In this document: piece after piece, positions 1 to 9,838 of the stretch
Layout of the letters: each line of letters opens with the position of its first letter
Numbering within the stretch: the stretch's first letter is position 1
Assembly: GCA_965212525.1 (NCBI GenBank)
Contig: CBDBVC010000013.1
Span: 100,002-164,001, forward strand
DNA from: Lysobacterales bacterium
GTDB taxonomy: Bacteria; Pseudomonadota; Gammaproteobacteria; Xanthomonadales; SZUA-38
DNA length: 64,000 nucleotides
Direction of reading: 5' to 3'
Made by a program: the position numbers and the translations under genes
Notes under the pieces: model-generated
Databases searched by the model: none
What the model was told of the DNA's origin: nothing
The model's input: the letters and a program-made list of their open reading frames with translations, nothing else

Positions 1-1
1 G

Positions 2-1576
2 AGTGATAACGGCAGATTCAGCTTTGGCAAGGCTGTTCGCAACCAGTTTCTCACATCACTGTCCACCCTCACCGGCGCCCTGGAAAACCATCAGCAGTTG
101 CTTACCTACCGGCGTGACTTCAGGGATGAAACCGCAAACCTTGCGGCAAAGGACAGGGACGGCGCCTATCTGTTTGGCCGACGTTCTGACCCGGTCAAGG
201 TACGCAAACTGGTGGATCTGCTGCAGGGTCATCAGATTACTGTGCATGAACTGACCGAGGCCACCACGCGTGACGGCATTCGTTATGAACCAGGCAGCGC
301 CTTCATCGTGCCACTAGAGCAACGCGCTTACCGATTGCTGAAAAGCATGTTCGAAACGCGCAAGACCTTCGAGGACAACACCTTTTACGACGTTTCGGCC
401 TGGAACCTGCCGATGGCATTCGACCTGGATTTCACTGCCCTGGGTAACGGCAGCGAACTGATGGGACAACCCGTTTCCGATGAGCCAGCGAAGACAGCCG
501 TCGCACCATCCAGCGCCGTAGCCTATGCCTTTGACTGGTCGCATTATTACGCCCCGCGGGCACTCAATCGCCTTCAGCAGGCCGGGTTCAGCACACGGGT
601 TGCGGAAAAACCCTTTGCTGCAACAATCAATGGCCAGGAACAGGACTTCAGTCGTGGCAGCATCGTCATCAATGCGATTGACGACAGCAAACGTGATGAA
701 CTGGCCACAGTACTGTCTGCCATTGCCGCCAACGATCATGTCCCGGTTCACGCACTGGACAGCGTGCTGACTCCGCGTGGCCCCGATCTGGGCGGTCCAA
801 GCATGGAAATACTGGAACCAGTCAAACCCCTGATGATTGTTGGCCAGGGTGTCTCTGCTCTGGATGCCGGCGAAGTCTGGCACCTGTTCGATCAGCACCT
901 GTCCATACCACTGACCATGGTGGATACTCATCGCCTGGGCAGCACCAATCTTGACGACTACAGCCACGTGCTGATGGTCAACGGCAATTACAGCCGACTG
1001 ACAGAGGGCTGGGTCGGCAAGCTCAAGGCCTGGGTCAACGACGGTGGCATTCTCGTCACCACGGCCGGCGCCTCGCGCTGGCTGGAATCGAACAAGGAGT
1101 TTTTTGGCGACAACAAGGCTGATGCCGACAAGGGCAATGGCGGCGAGTCGGACAGCGAACCGGATCGCAGACCCTATGCCGATTTCAGTTCCGATTTCAG
1201 CAACACCGTTATTGGCGGTGCCATAGTCGATGCCGAAGTCGACCGTACTCATCCACTGGGCTACGGCCTCGCTCATGACAGCATGGCGCTGTTCAAGCGC
1301 GGCACCAACCTGCTTCGGGTGACTGAAAACCAGTACGATACACCCCTGATCTATGGCGACAAACCGCTGCTCAGCGGATTTCTGGGCGATGAACGCCGTG
1401 TGGAAATGGCTGGACAGCCGGCCGTGATCGCCAGTCGCATGGGCCGTGGCAGCCTGATCCGGTTTGCCGACAACCCGAATTTTCGCGGTTTCTGGTACGG
1501 CACTCATCGACTCTATTTCAATGCCCTGTTCATGGGCGGCATTCTGAACTCCACCCGGTTGCCCGAGATCAACTGA
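2..1576 (+). CDS. M14-family (zinc carboxypeptidase-like) protein, C-terminal part; the 5' end lies upstream of the window
   Basis: The frame is open from nt 2, with no stop before the first listed Met at 98. The TGA stop at 1574-1576 overlaps the next ATG (TGATG). Stretches such as FYDVSAWNLPMAFDLDF resemble, from memory, the non-catalytic C-terminal region of long M14-like peptidases. The catalytic motifs are not in the window. Confidence 0.55.
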   Translation, partial: SDNGRFSFGKAVRNQFLTSLSTLTGALENHQQLLTYRRDFRDETANLAAKDRDGAYLFGRRSDPVKVRKLVDLLQGHQITVHELTEATTRDGIRYEPGSAFIVPLEQRAYRLLKSMFETRKTFEDNTFYDVSAWNLPMAFDLDFTALGNGSELMGQPVSDEPAKTAVAPSSAVAYAFDWSHYYAPRALNRLQQAGFSTRVAEKPFAATINGQEQDFSRGSIVINAIDDSKRDELATVLSAIAANDHVPVHALDSVLTPRGPDLGGPSMEILEPVKPLMIVGQGVSALDAGEVWHLFDQHLSIPLTMVDTHRLGSTNLDDYSHVLMVNGNYSRLTEGWVGKLKAWVNDGGILVTTAGASRWLESNKEFFGDNKADADKGNGGESDSEPDRRPYADFSSDFSNTVIGGAIVDAEVDRTHPLGYGLAHDSMALFKRGTNLLRVTENQYDTPLIYGDKPLLSGFLGDERRVEMAGQPAVIASRMGRGSLIRFADNPNFRGFWYGTHRLYFNALFMGGILNSTRLPEIN

Positions 1577-2463
1577 TGACCGAATACATCAACCAGAAAA
1601 AACTTGATGACCTGGTCAGACTGCTGACCCTGGAACGACTGGAGGACAAGCTGTTTCGTGGCGAAAGCCGTGACATCGGCAGCAAGCAGGTGTTCGGCGG
1701 TCAGGTTCTGGGGCAGGCGCTGTCAGCAGCCAGTCATACCGTGGATGATCGCTGTGTGCATTCACTGCACGCCTATTTCCTGCGGCCGGGCGACATGGAA
1801 GCCCCGATTGTGTATGAGGTGGATCATCAGCTTGACGGGCGCAGCTTCGCCAATCGTCGTGTCATTGCCATCCAGCATGGTAAGCCGATCCTGAATCTGG
1901 CCTGCTCATTCCAGCGAGAGGAAAAAGGCATGGAACACCAGCGTCCGATGCCTGATGTGCCACATTTCAGCGAACTGACCGATCAGTCCGAGGAGAACAT
2001 CATTGGGCTGGACAGGCTTCCAGCCAAGATCAAGCGGTTCCTGTTCGATACCCGCCCCTTCAATTTCCGCTGGGTACAGAAGCCACGACTGAAAAACCCG
2101 GACCCGACCGAACCGGTGCGACAACTCTGGTTCAAGACCTCAGGCGTGCTGCCCGATGACCCCAATCTGCACCGAGCCATGCTTACCTATGCCTCGGACT
2201 ATGGCCTGCTCACCACCTCTCTGCTGCCGCACGGCATCGCCCTGTTCAACGAGCGATTGCAGCTGGTGAGCCTTGATCATGCCATGTTCTTCCACCGGGA
2301 ATTCCGCATCGATGAATGGCTGCTGTACAGCCTGGAAAGCCCGATTGCCATCGGTGCCCGCGGCCTGTCGCGGGGACAGGTCTACAACCAGCAGGGCGAT
2401 CTGGTGGCTTCGGTCAATCAGGAAGGCCTCATCCGGTTGTGGGACAAGCCGGAAGCGGACTGA
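1576..2463 (+). CDS. tesB: acyl-CoA thioesterase II
   Basis: 295 aa. The N-terminus LDDLVRLLTLERLEDKLFRGESRDIGSKQVFGGQVLGQAL and the double hot-dog length match TesB. It is translationally coupled to the upstream gene. Confidence 0.9.
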   Translation: MTEYINQKKLDDLVRLLTLERLEDKLFRGESRDIGSKQVFGGQVLGQALSAASHTVDDRCVHSLHAYFLRPGDMEAPIVYEVDHQLDGRSFANRRVIAIQHGKPILNLACSFQREEKGMEHQRPMPDVPHFSELTDQSEENIIGLDRLPAKIKRFLFDTRPFNFRWVQKPRLKNPDPTEPVRQLWFKTSGVLPDDPNLHRAMLTYASDYGLLTTSLLPHGIALFNERLQLVSLDHAMFFHREFRIDEWLLYSLESPIAIGARGLSRGQVYNQQGDLVASVNQEGLIRLWDKPEAD

Positions 2464-2493
2464 CAGCCATCATGACCACAGCCCCTGGTCATC

Positions 2494-3276
2494 TCAGCAG
2501 GTGGCACCTGCCTGACTGAGCCAGGCGATCAGCCTGTCCCGTAACGCGCTCATGTCGTGACCGGTACGATCTTCATGAAACATGGATGAACCGTGCACCC
2601 CGTTCTCGACTTCCCAGAACTCGGCGCCGGCGGCGCGCAGTATGTCGCGCTGCTCGATGACGCTGTCGTTTTCCATTTCCCGGTCAGGCCGTAACACCAG
2701 CACCGGTGCACGAACCTGGTCGGCCCACATGCGGGCACGACAATCCACCATTGGACCTCCGGCTGCCGGTGAGGCTGCAATCACTGCGCTGACACGGTCG
2801 GAGTTGTCGGCAGCCAGCCGATACACCAGTGAAGCCGAATAGGAGCTTCCCCAGACCATCACCTGACCGACATCAGTCTCTTTTACTGCATAATCAAGTG
2901 CCGCCTGCAGATCAGGATAGACCTCACAGTAACCGGGTGGCTCATCGGCAGCCAGTTTGTCCACTGTTCGATTGCTGTGTCCAAAACGTTCACCACCGCT
3001 GCGCTGGTCCCAGGCCATGACGCGATATCCGGCTGAATTTAGCCAGGTCGCCAGGGTTTCGTATTCACCTCGACCATTGGACCCCGCCTGATGAAACATC
3101 AGCACCAGCGGACCATTCCTGCAGCGTTCAGAGGTGTAATATTCACCGAACAGCGTGACCCCATCGGCTGTTGTCGTGCTGATCTCGCGGCCGGTGGTTC
3201 CGGATTCTGCTGCGCCAATTGACAGATGCATTGCGCACGCAACCAGTAACAGGCTGCCATTGATGAGTCGTCTCAT
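2494..3276 (-). CDS. secreted alpha/beta hydrolase (dienelactone-hydrolase-like)
   Basis: Signal peptide MRRLINGSLLLVACAMHLSIGA. Nucleophile-elbow-like VWGSSYSA. Length and pattern are typical of the alpha/beta fold. Confidence 0.7.
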   Translation of the reverse strand: MRRLINGSLLLVACAMHLSIGAAESGTTGREISTTTADGVTLFGEYYTSERCRNGPLVLMFHQAGSNGRGEYETLATWLNSAGYRVMAWDQRSGGERFGHSNRTVDKLAADEPPGYCEVYPDLQAALDYAVKETDVGQVMVWGSSYSASLVYRLAADNSDRVSAVIAASPAAGGPMVDCRARMWADQVRAPVLVLRPDREMENDSVIEQRDILRAAGAEFWEVENGVHGSSMFHEDRTGHDMSALRDRLIAWLSQAGATC

Positions 3277-3449
3277 GTCCAGTCCTCCGAAGTATCTGTA
3301 TCTAGCTACTCTCTTGTGACGGCATTCTCAGCGGCCAGTACAATCTTTCCGCATGTCGTCTGTACCAGTATCGCATGACCCGCTGGATCATGGCCTGCTG
3401 TTGATCAAATTTGCTTGGCCTTGCCGACGCATTGCGTTAGCCTGTGCGA

Positions 3450-5273
3450 ATGCCACAAACTGCTCTCAACGTACTCAAGGACACCTTCGGGTACACCGCC
3501 TTTCGAGACGCTCAGTCGGACATCATCGATACTGTCAGCAATGGTGGTGACGCACTGGTGCTCATGCCGACAGGCGGCGGCAAATCATTGTGCTACCAGA
3601 TACCGGCGCTACTGCGTGATGGCACGGCCATTGTGATCTCGCCATTGATCGCACTCATGCATGATCAGGTGGTGGCGCTGAAGCAGAACGGTGTGAACGC
3701 CGCTTTCCTGAACTCTAGCCTGAATCAGGAAGATGCAGCAACTGTGGAACAGTCATTGCTCTCGGGAGATCTCGATCTGCTCTATGTGGCACCCGAGCGC
3801 CTGCTGACGGGACGTTTCCTGAACTTGCTGTCGCAATCACGACTGGCACTGTTTGCCATTGATGAAGCACATTGTGTCTCTCAGTGGGGCCATGATTTCA
3901 GACCGGAATATGCCCAGTTATCCATCCTTCATGAACGCTTTCCAGAGGTTCCCCGGATGGCGCTCACTGCCACTGCCGATTCCAGAACCCGAGATGAGAT
4001 CATCGAAAAACTGGACCTGGGTCGGGCACGCATCTTTGTCAGTAGCTTCGATCGACCGAATATTCGATATGCCATTACCGGCAAGGACAACGCCAAGCAG
4101 GCATTGCTCAGGTTCATCAGCAGTCAGCATCAGAACGATGCTGGAATCGTCTACTGCCTGTCACGAAAACGGGTCGACTCGTTTGCTGATTTTCTGTGCC
4201 AGAAAGGCTACCGTGCTCTGCCCTACCATGCCGGCATGGCATCGGACGAACGCGAACGCAACCAGTCGACATTCCTGCAGGAAGAGGGTGTGATCATTGT
4301 TGCCACCATTGCCTTCGGCATGGGTATCGACAAGCCCAATGTGCGTTTTGTTGCGCACATGGATTTGCCAAAGAGCATCGAAGCCTATTATCAGGAGACC
4401 GGTCGTGCCGGGCGCGATGGGCTGCCCGCCAACGCCTGGATGGCCTATGGCATGCAGGATGTCATCCAGCTGCGCAGCTGGACCGAACAGAGTGAGGCTT
4501 CGGACAGCAAGAAACGTATCGAGCATGACAAGCTCAACGCCCTGCTGGCCCTGTGTGAAACCAGCGAATGTCGAAGGCAGATGCTGCTGGCACATTTTGA
4601 TGAAGCACTGGAACAGCCCTGTGGCAATTGTGATAACTGCATCAATGGTGTGGAAACATGGGATGCCACTGAAGCGGCACAGAAAGCACTCTCCTGTATC
4701 TACCGGACCGAACAGCGCTTTGGTACTGCACACGTCATCGACGTACTGCTCGGAAAGGAAACCGACAAGATCGAACGCTTCGGTCATCAGCACCTGGGCA
4801 CGTTCGGAATCGGCAGCGATCTGGACAAGAACACCTGGCGCTCACTGATCAGACAGCTGGTGGCCTTCGGGTATGCCGACGTTGATGTCGAGGGCTATAA
4901 CGCGCTCAGGCTGACTGAAAAATGTCGCAGCCTGCTGCGGGGCGACATCACGTTCCAGGTACGCAAGCCAGAAAGAAAGGTCAAGCTCGGCAACACACGG
5001 TCTGTCAGTATTGCGCTGGCACCCGAGGATGAACCCATGTTTGATGCCCTGCGAGCGCGCCGGCTGGAACTGGCACACGAACAGGGGGTTCCTCCCTATG
5101 TGATCTTCCACGACAAGACACTCAAGTCACTGGCCGAACACCGTCCGCAATCACATGAAGAAATGCTCTCGATCAGCGGTATCGGGCAGCACAAACTGGA
5201 TCGCTACGGTGACGATTTCCTTGAGGTGATCTGTGAACACAGCGCTGCCGAACCGGGCCAGCCAAGTCCGTAG
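3450..5273 (+). CDS. recQ: ATP-dependent DNA helicase RecQ
   Basis: VLKDTFGYTAFRDAQ, Walker A MPTGGGKSLCYQIP, DEAHCVSQWGHDFRPEY, a Zn-binding Cys cluster, and a C-terminal HRDC-like region. ATG 3450 is preferred over GTG 3444. Confidence 0.95.
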   Translation: MPQTALNVLKDTFGYTAFRDAQSDIIDTVSNGGDALVLMPTGGGKSLCYQIPALLRDGTAIVISPLIALMHDQVVALKQNGVNAAFLNSSLNQEDAATVEQSLLSGDLDLLYVAPERLLTGRFLNLLSQSRLALFAIDEAHCVSQWGHDFRPEYAQLSILHERFPEVPRMALTATADSRTRDEIIEKLDLGRARIFVSSFDRPNIRYAITGKDNAKQALLRFISSQHQNDAGIVYCLSRKRVDSFADFLCQKGYRALPYHAGMASDERERNQSTFLQEEGVIIVATIAFGMGIDKPNVRFVAHMDLPKSIEAYYQETGRAGRDGLPANAWMAYGMQDVIQLRSWTEQSEASDSKKRIEHDKLNALLALCETSECRRQMLLAHFDEALEQPCGNCDNCINGVETWDATEAAQKALSCIYRTEQRFGTAHVIDVLLGKETDKIERFGHQHLGTFGIGSDLDKNTWRSLIRQLVAFGYADVDVEGYNALRLTEKCRSLLRGDITFQVRKPERKVKLGNTRSVSIALAPEDEPMFDALRARRLELAHEQGVPPYVIFHDKTLKSLAEHRPQSHEEMLSISGIGQHKLDRYGDDFLEVICEHSAAEPGQPSP

Positions 5274-5404
5274 CCTGTGAGCTCGCTGCTTCCACAGGCA
5301 AGTCATTCGGCGCATGTTGGCTGATGGAACAAACTGCTAGACTCTGCCAGCATGAACGCGCCGGAACTGCATCGCATCCCCTGTCCACGAAACACCAGTC
5401 AGGC

Positions 5405-6829
5405 ATGCTTGTCATGATCCGTCTGTTTGCAATGCTGACTCTGCTGCACTCATCCGGCCTTCTGGCAGCGCCAGACCTGCCCGATGCAGGCAGGCTTGAA
5501 TCGTTGCGGGCAGAGATCGAGCGAATCCGGATCCGTAACGATGTTGCCGGCGTCGGACTGGTTCTGGTGTCAGGCGAAAACGTACTGTTTGCCGGCGGCC
5601 TTGGTGTCGAGGACTGGGACAGTCGCAAGCCGATGACCGAATCCTCACTGATTCGAATCGGCTCCATCACCAAGACATTCACTGGACTTGCCGCATTGCG
5701 TCTGAAACAGGCCGGCCGACTCGACCTTAACCAGACCGTACCTGAAACCCGCGATGAGCTGAGGCTCTACCGCAACAATCACGACAATGAACAGGTCACC
5801 ATCGCCCAGCTGCTGGAGCACACTGCAGGCCTCAGGGATCTGAGTCGACGCGAATTCGACTATCCGGACCCGCTGCCGCTGGAGCAGGCATTGCGTGTGG
5901 AGCCCCGCTCTCGAACACTTGGTTGGGCTCCTGGCTATCATTCCGAATACACCAATTCCGGTGCCGGAGTGGCCGCCTGGGCCATCGAGCAGGCAACCGG
6001 GATCGATTTCGATGCCTACACTCGAGAGCAGGTGTTGCTGCCACTGGGCATGGACAACGCCGACTTGCGTCACCGGCCTGGACTAGAGGATGAGCTGGCC
6101 ACCGGTTACAACACGGATGGCCGCACTACCATAGCCTACTGGCACACACTGTACCGGCCATTCGGCGGCATTCATGCGCGCGTCTCCGAGATGGCCGGTC
6201 TGATACAGCTGTACCTGAATCGGGGCCGTATCCAGGGCGAGGACTTTCTGTCGACAGAGAACATGCGACTGAGTGAACAACCGCAGACATCCGCCGCGGC
6301 ACGAGCAGGTCTCGAATTCGGTTACGGCTATGGCAACTATGCCTGGCTCAGGGACGGCATCCTGTTTCAGGGACATGGCGGTGATGCCGATGGTTATCTG
6401 TCGCGTTTCGGGTACAGTCACGAACTCGGAACCGGCTATTTCATCGTCATCAATGCCTTTCAGAACAGCACACTGCTGCAGATGCGAAGACAGGTGGAGC
6501 GCTACCTGATCAATGGAACCAAACCCCGATCAGCACCACCTGCCTGGACAATGGATGATCCGGAACGCTATACCGGCATCTACCGCAGGGCCACCTGGCG
6601 CTTTGGTCGACGTCCCGATGAGCGTGTTGAGATCACCCTGGATCGTCGCGGGCTGCGCATGCGTTCACTCAATGAACGTCGCTACTGGATACTGATACCG
6701 GTGGCACCCGGCCTTTTCAGGCGCCCGGACGAACCGCTGGCCACGGCAGCCCTGGTCGAGGAGAATGGCACCATGTACCTGCAGACGGAATTTGGCAATT
6801 ACGAGCGCGAATCCAGTACTCAACCATGA
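5405..6829 (+). CDS. beta-lactamase-family serine hydrolase (secreted), copy 1
   Basis: SxxK motif (GSITKTF) and a YxN-like YTN. A signal peptide follows the internal start MLVMIRLFAMLTLLHSSGLLAAP. The upstream 27 codons of the listed ORF are unlikely to be coding. Confidence 0.8.
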   Translation: MLVMIRLFAMLTLLHSSGLLAAPDLPDAGRLESLRAEIERIRIRNDVAGVGLVLVSGENVLFAGGLGVEDWDSRKPMTESSLIRIGSITKTFTGLAALRLKQAGRLDLNQTVPETRDELRLYRNNHDNEQVTIAQLLEHTAGLRDLSRREFDYPDPLPLEQALRVEPRSRTLGWAPGYHSEYTNSGAGVAAWAIEQATGIDFDAYTREQVLLPLGMDNADLRHRPGLEDELATGYNTDGRTTIAYWHTLYRPFGGIHARVSEMAGLIQLYLNRGRIQGEDFLSTENMRLSEQPQTSAAARAGLEFGYGYGNYAWLRDGILFQGHGGDADGYLSRFGYSHELGTGYFIVINAFQNSTLLQMRRQVERYLINGTKPRSAPPAWTMDDPERYTGIYRRATWRFGRRPDERVEITLDRRGLRMRSLNERRYWILIPVAPGLFRRPDEPLATAALVEENGTMYLQTEFGNYERESSTQP

Positions 6830-7170
6830 AAGAGCTGATATTCATTGTATTCTTCATCGCCACCTACATTCACGCCTGTACCCAGGAAACTGAGCTCGTC
6901 ACGACCACCACAGTCCCAGACGGGCCATCTACTGTACAAATCGAGATGCTTGCCGATTCCACATTACGCATCAACGGCGATGCAATTGCTGTTGATAATC
7001 TGATCGATCATCTGGATCTTCTCGCCCAGCAGAAACCTATTGAAAACATCGTGCTGATTGTCGACAGAGCCGCCACTACAGGTGAGTTGGTGAGTGTGAT
7101 GGACATACTGAAAACTGCAGGCCACCACAGTCTGAGATTGGAAGAATCGAGTAACACTGCAGATCAATAG
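6826..7170 (+). CDS. small membrane-anchored protein with an ExbD/TolR-like periplasmic domain
   Basis: ATGA overlap with the upstream gene. One N-terminal TM helix. LRINGDAIAVDNL...IVLIVDRAATTGELVSVMDILKTAG resembles the ExbD/TolR core pattern. No exbB or tonB partner is adjacent. Confidence 0.5.
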   Translation: MKELIFIVFFIATYIHACTQETELVTTTTVPDGPSTVQIEMLADSTLRINGDAIAVDNLIDHLDLLAQQKPIENIVLIVDRAATTGELVSVMDILKTAGHHSLRLEESSNTADQ

Positions 7171-7206
7171 CGCCCATTGACCCAGGCTAACGATTTGTCA
7201 TCAAGA

Positions 7207-8976
7207 TCAGGAAATCGAATTCACATAACAGCTGCGCCCGCTATCCTTGGCCTCGTATAGTGCTCGGTCTGCCTCAGATAGCGCATTGTTCCAGCCACCT
7301 CTGTTCTCATCGCTGATAACACTGATGCCAATGGACGCGGTCACTGCCAGTTGGCCCTGATCGGTCCTGATAACAGTGTCTTCAATCTTACGCAGTAGTC
7401 GTTCGGCATATTCGTCGATTCGTTCCGTTGGGATGTCGTCGCTGAGCAGCATGAATTCCTCTCCACCCCATCGTCCCACAAAGCGGTCTGAATCAATCTC
7501 ACTTTTCAGGCAGTTTGCAATCTCGACCAGCAGTAAATCGCCGACCTCATGACCGTGGCTATCATTGACTGCCTTGAAGTGATCCAGATCGATCAGCCAC
7601 AGGATTCGGACCTGTGGCGGTTCCGGAAAGGGGTGCTGTTCCAGCCAGTGGTTGATGGCCCTGCGATTACCCAGACGAGTGAGGCTGTCTCGCATGCTGA
7701 TGCGTCGCAAACGGCGATTCATGCGCATCTGCCAGAACAGGAATGCGGTACCGGCTACCAGCACAAAGCCTGCGGACATCAGCCATCGCCAGCGGTTCAG
7801 ACTGGCCTGGGCCAGTTGTGTTTCGGTTTCTGCATTGTGGCTGCGCAGTTGTGCCAGCTCTTCACGCTGCTGGCTGTCGCGCAGCCGGGCCTCCATTTCG
7901 GCCATGCTCTGCTTGTTGAAGCTCTGCTGGAATTCACGATCATTGTCACGCGCAAGTTTCAGTGCCTCCAGTGCCCTGTCCGTCTCGCCAAGTCTTTCAT
8001 AAACACTGACCATGGCTGACAGTGGACCACTGTCGCCTACCTCGTTTGCGTTGACGATGAAGAAATCATAGGCCCGGTCGATTTGAGCCCTGGCAAGATC
8101 AGACCGTCCATTGTGGAGCAGAATGGAGGCATGCGTGGTCAGTGCCGACATCAGGTCTCCCTGCTGGTCGAGCTGCTCAAGCATCTCGAGTGCCTTTTCA
8201 ATATGGCCCAGTGCTGTTTCATAATCCCCGACACCGGCATGACCCGACGCCAGACCCTGATAGATCAGCGCCACACGTGATACAGGCCAGTGCTCATTGA
8301 TCAGATCAACCACCCGGTCGTAGATGAGCAGCGATTTTTCATAGTCTCCCTGGCCATCCAGTGTTACAGCGAGATTGAACAGCACAGGTGCCTCGTATCG
8401 ACGGTCATCCAGCTGATCCATCAATTCGAGTGCCATGGTGTAATTGGCAATGGCGCGGTTGTGCTCGCGTATCTCCGAATGCAACACCCCCAGATTGACC
8501 AGCAGCGGTATCTGCTCCGCTTTCAATCCGGTTTCTCCTGCACGGTACATGGCTGAAGCATAGGCCTCAGTGGCACTGATGCGATTTCCAATGCGGTGGT
8601 AGATACTGCCGGCACGACGCATCAGAGTCACGCTGTCTGCGTTCACCGGAAGGCCGGCAGCAAGAATTTCCAGAGTACCGGCCTGTTTCTGCGCCAGGTC
8701 ATTCTCGCCCAGTGTGGCGTGGCCCCAGCCAAGGCAACCGAGCGCATGGCCATACGGCACTGGATCATGGCTCACATCAAGCTCACTGATCAGTTTCTGT
8801 GCCAGTGCCACGGCGGCGGCCGGATCATCGTCTTCGAGTGCCTGACACTGCTTCAGATCCGACTCTATATCGGCGACTGCCTGACACATCATCAGACATG
8901 AAATGACAAGACAAAACATGTGACGCAGACGATTCCGCGGCGAGCGCACACGTGTATGGACAAACTGTCCGAACAT
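7207..8976 (-). CDS. TPR-repeat sensor diguanylate cyclase (GGDEF)
   Basis: Order of parts: N-terminal signal/TM, a long TPR-like region, a coiled coil, a TM helix, then a C-terminal GGDEF domain with RWGGEEFMLL and the DLDHFKAVNDSHGH motif. The start may instead be the internal Met at 8919. Confidence 0.85.
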   Translation of the reverse strand: MFGQFVHTRVRSPRNRLRHMFCLVISCLMMCQAVADIESDLKQCQALEDDDPAAAVALAQKLISELDVSHDPVPYGHALGCLGWGHATLGENDLAQKQAGTLEILAAGLPVNADSVTLMRRAGSIYHRIGNRISATEAYASAMYRAGETGLKAEQIPLLVNLGVLHSEIREHNRAIANYTMALELMDQLDDRRYEAPVLFNLAVTLDGQGDYEKSLLIYDRVVDLINEHWPVSRVALIYQGLASGHAGVGDYETALGHIEKALEMLEQLDQQGDLMSALTTHASILLHNGRSDLARAQIDRAYDFFIVNANEVGDSGPLSAMVSVYERLGETDRALEALKLARDNDREFQQSFNKQSMAEMEARLRDSQQREELAQLRSHNAETETQLAQASLNRWRWLMSAGFVLVAGTAFLFWQMRMNRRLRRISMRDSLTRLGNRRAINHWLEQHPFPEPPQVRILWLIDLDHFKAVNDSHGHEVGDLLLVEIANCLKSEIDSDRFVGRWGGEEFMLLSDDIPTERIDEYAERLLRKIEDTVIRTDQGQLAVTASIGISVISDENRGGWNNALSEADRALYEAKDSGRSCYVNSIS

Positions 8977-9209
8977 TATCCCTCCAGTCGAATCAGGACA
9001 TGATGGCTATACCCGATTCGTGTATCAGCAACCGGATACTCAGCCGGTCAGCGTAGCAAACACTGGTGGGGCCGGGAAATACTGAATGTAAACGATTGTT
9101 GAACCTTGCCTCTGGTCATCACTAATCCGACTGATTAATGCACAGGACTGTCGAAATCACTGCGACAGAATCGTCTATGATAATGAGATAATCATTCAGG
9201 GAGTTTCCC

Positions 9210-9701
9210 ATGCACCTGTCCAGAATAATCAGTCTGATGATGTTACCCATGATTGCCATCACTGCCCGTGCAGATGAAATACTGTTCCTAGAAATGATGG
9301 GGCACTGGGAATCGGATCAACCGGTTTTCGGCTCTCCCGCACACACCCGTCTGGACATACAGTCCACACTGGACAACAAGTTCATGCGCCTGGATTACAG
9401 CATCGAGAGCGAGCTGGCCGAAGGTCAGCGCTCACGCTTTGAGGGTGTGGCCTACTATCGGCGTGAACTGTCAGGCGAAGTGGCAGGCTTCTGGGCTGAC
9501 AACTCGGGCTTCCTGCATCCGATTCGGATTGTACAGGATGAGCACCTGCTGACGGCAACCTGGGGTGAAGCAGGCGCCAAGCAGGGCAGAACCGAGTACC
9601 GGATCATTGACGAGAACACAATCAGTACCACTGACTGGATCCTGGCTGCAGAGGGCTGGCGCCAGTTCAACCAGAATGAATACAGGCGATCGAAGGATTG
9701 A
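9210..9701 (+). CDS. small secreted protein, unknown function (DUF1579-like impression)
   Basis: Signal peptide MHLSRIISLMMLPMIAITARA. GGAG-type RBS (cagggagtttcccATG). 163 aa with no recognisable catalytic motif. Confidence 0.7.
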   Translation: MHLSRIISLMMLPMIAITARADEILFLEMMGHWESDQPVFGSPAHTRLDIQSTLDNKFMRLDYSIESELAEGQRSRFEGVAYYRRELSGEVAGFWADNSGFLHPIRIVQDEHLLTATWGEAGAKQGRTEYRIIDENTISTTDWILAAEGWRQFNQNEYRRSKD

Positions 9702-9838
9702 TGACTGCTCCTCTCCCTGGAAAAATGGCATGAATTTTTTCCAGTTCACTGGCATGATTCAACCACCAATCTCGCTATAGAGGGTATGCATTCGATGAAT
9801 GGATGCCATACTCAAACCAGGGACAAGGAAACGTAACC

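Noticed and set aside
314-1507. Long antisense or alternative-frame ORFs inside well-supported genes. Examples: 314-1507 (-), 4161-4793 (-), 12620-13243 (+), 15765-16580 (-), 41329-42054 (+), 47472-48173 (+), 52388-53209 (-), 55304-56350 (-), 54904-55536 (-).
   Set aside because: Each is fully embedded opposite, or out of frame with, a gene that has clear family motifs. Their translations are Arg/Gly/Ala/His-rich and low in complexity, with no motifs. This is typical of shadow ORFs in GC-rich DNA.
9717-9744. AT-rich hairpin ctggaaaaa-N10-tttttccag after the 9210-9701 gene, considered as a terminator.
   Set aside because: The stem is A/T-only apart from 4 G/C pairs, the loop is large, and there is no separate U-tract. 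It is too weak to call.
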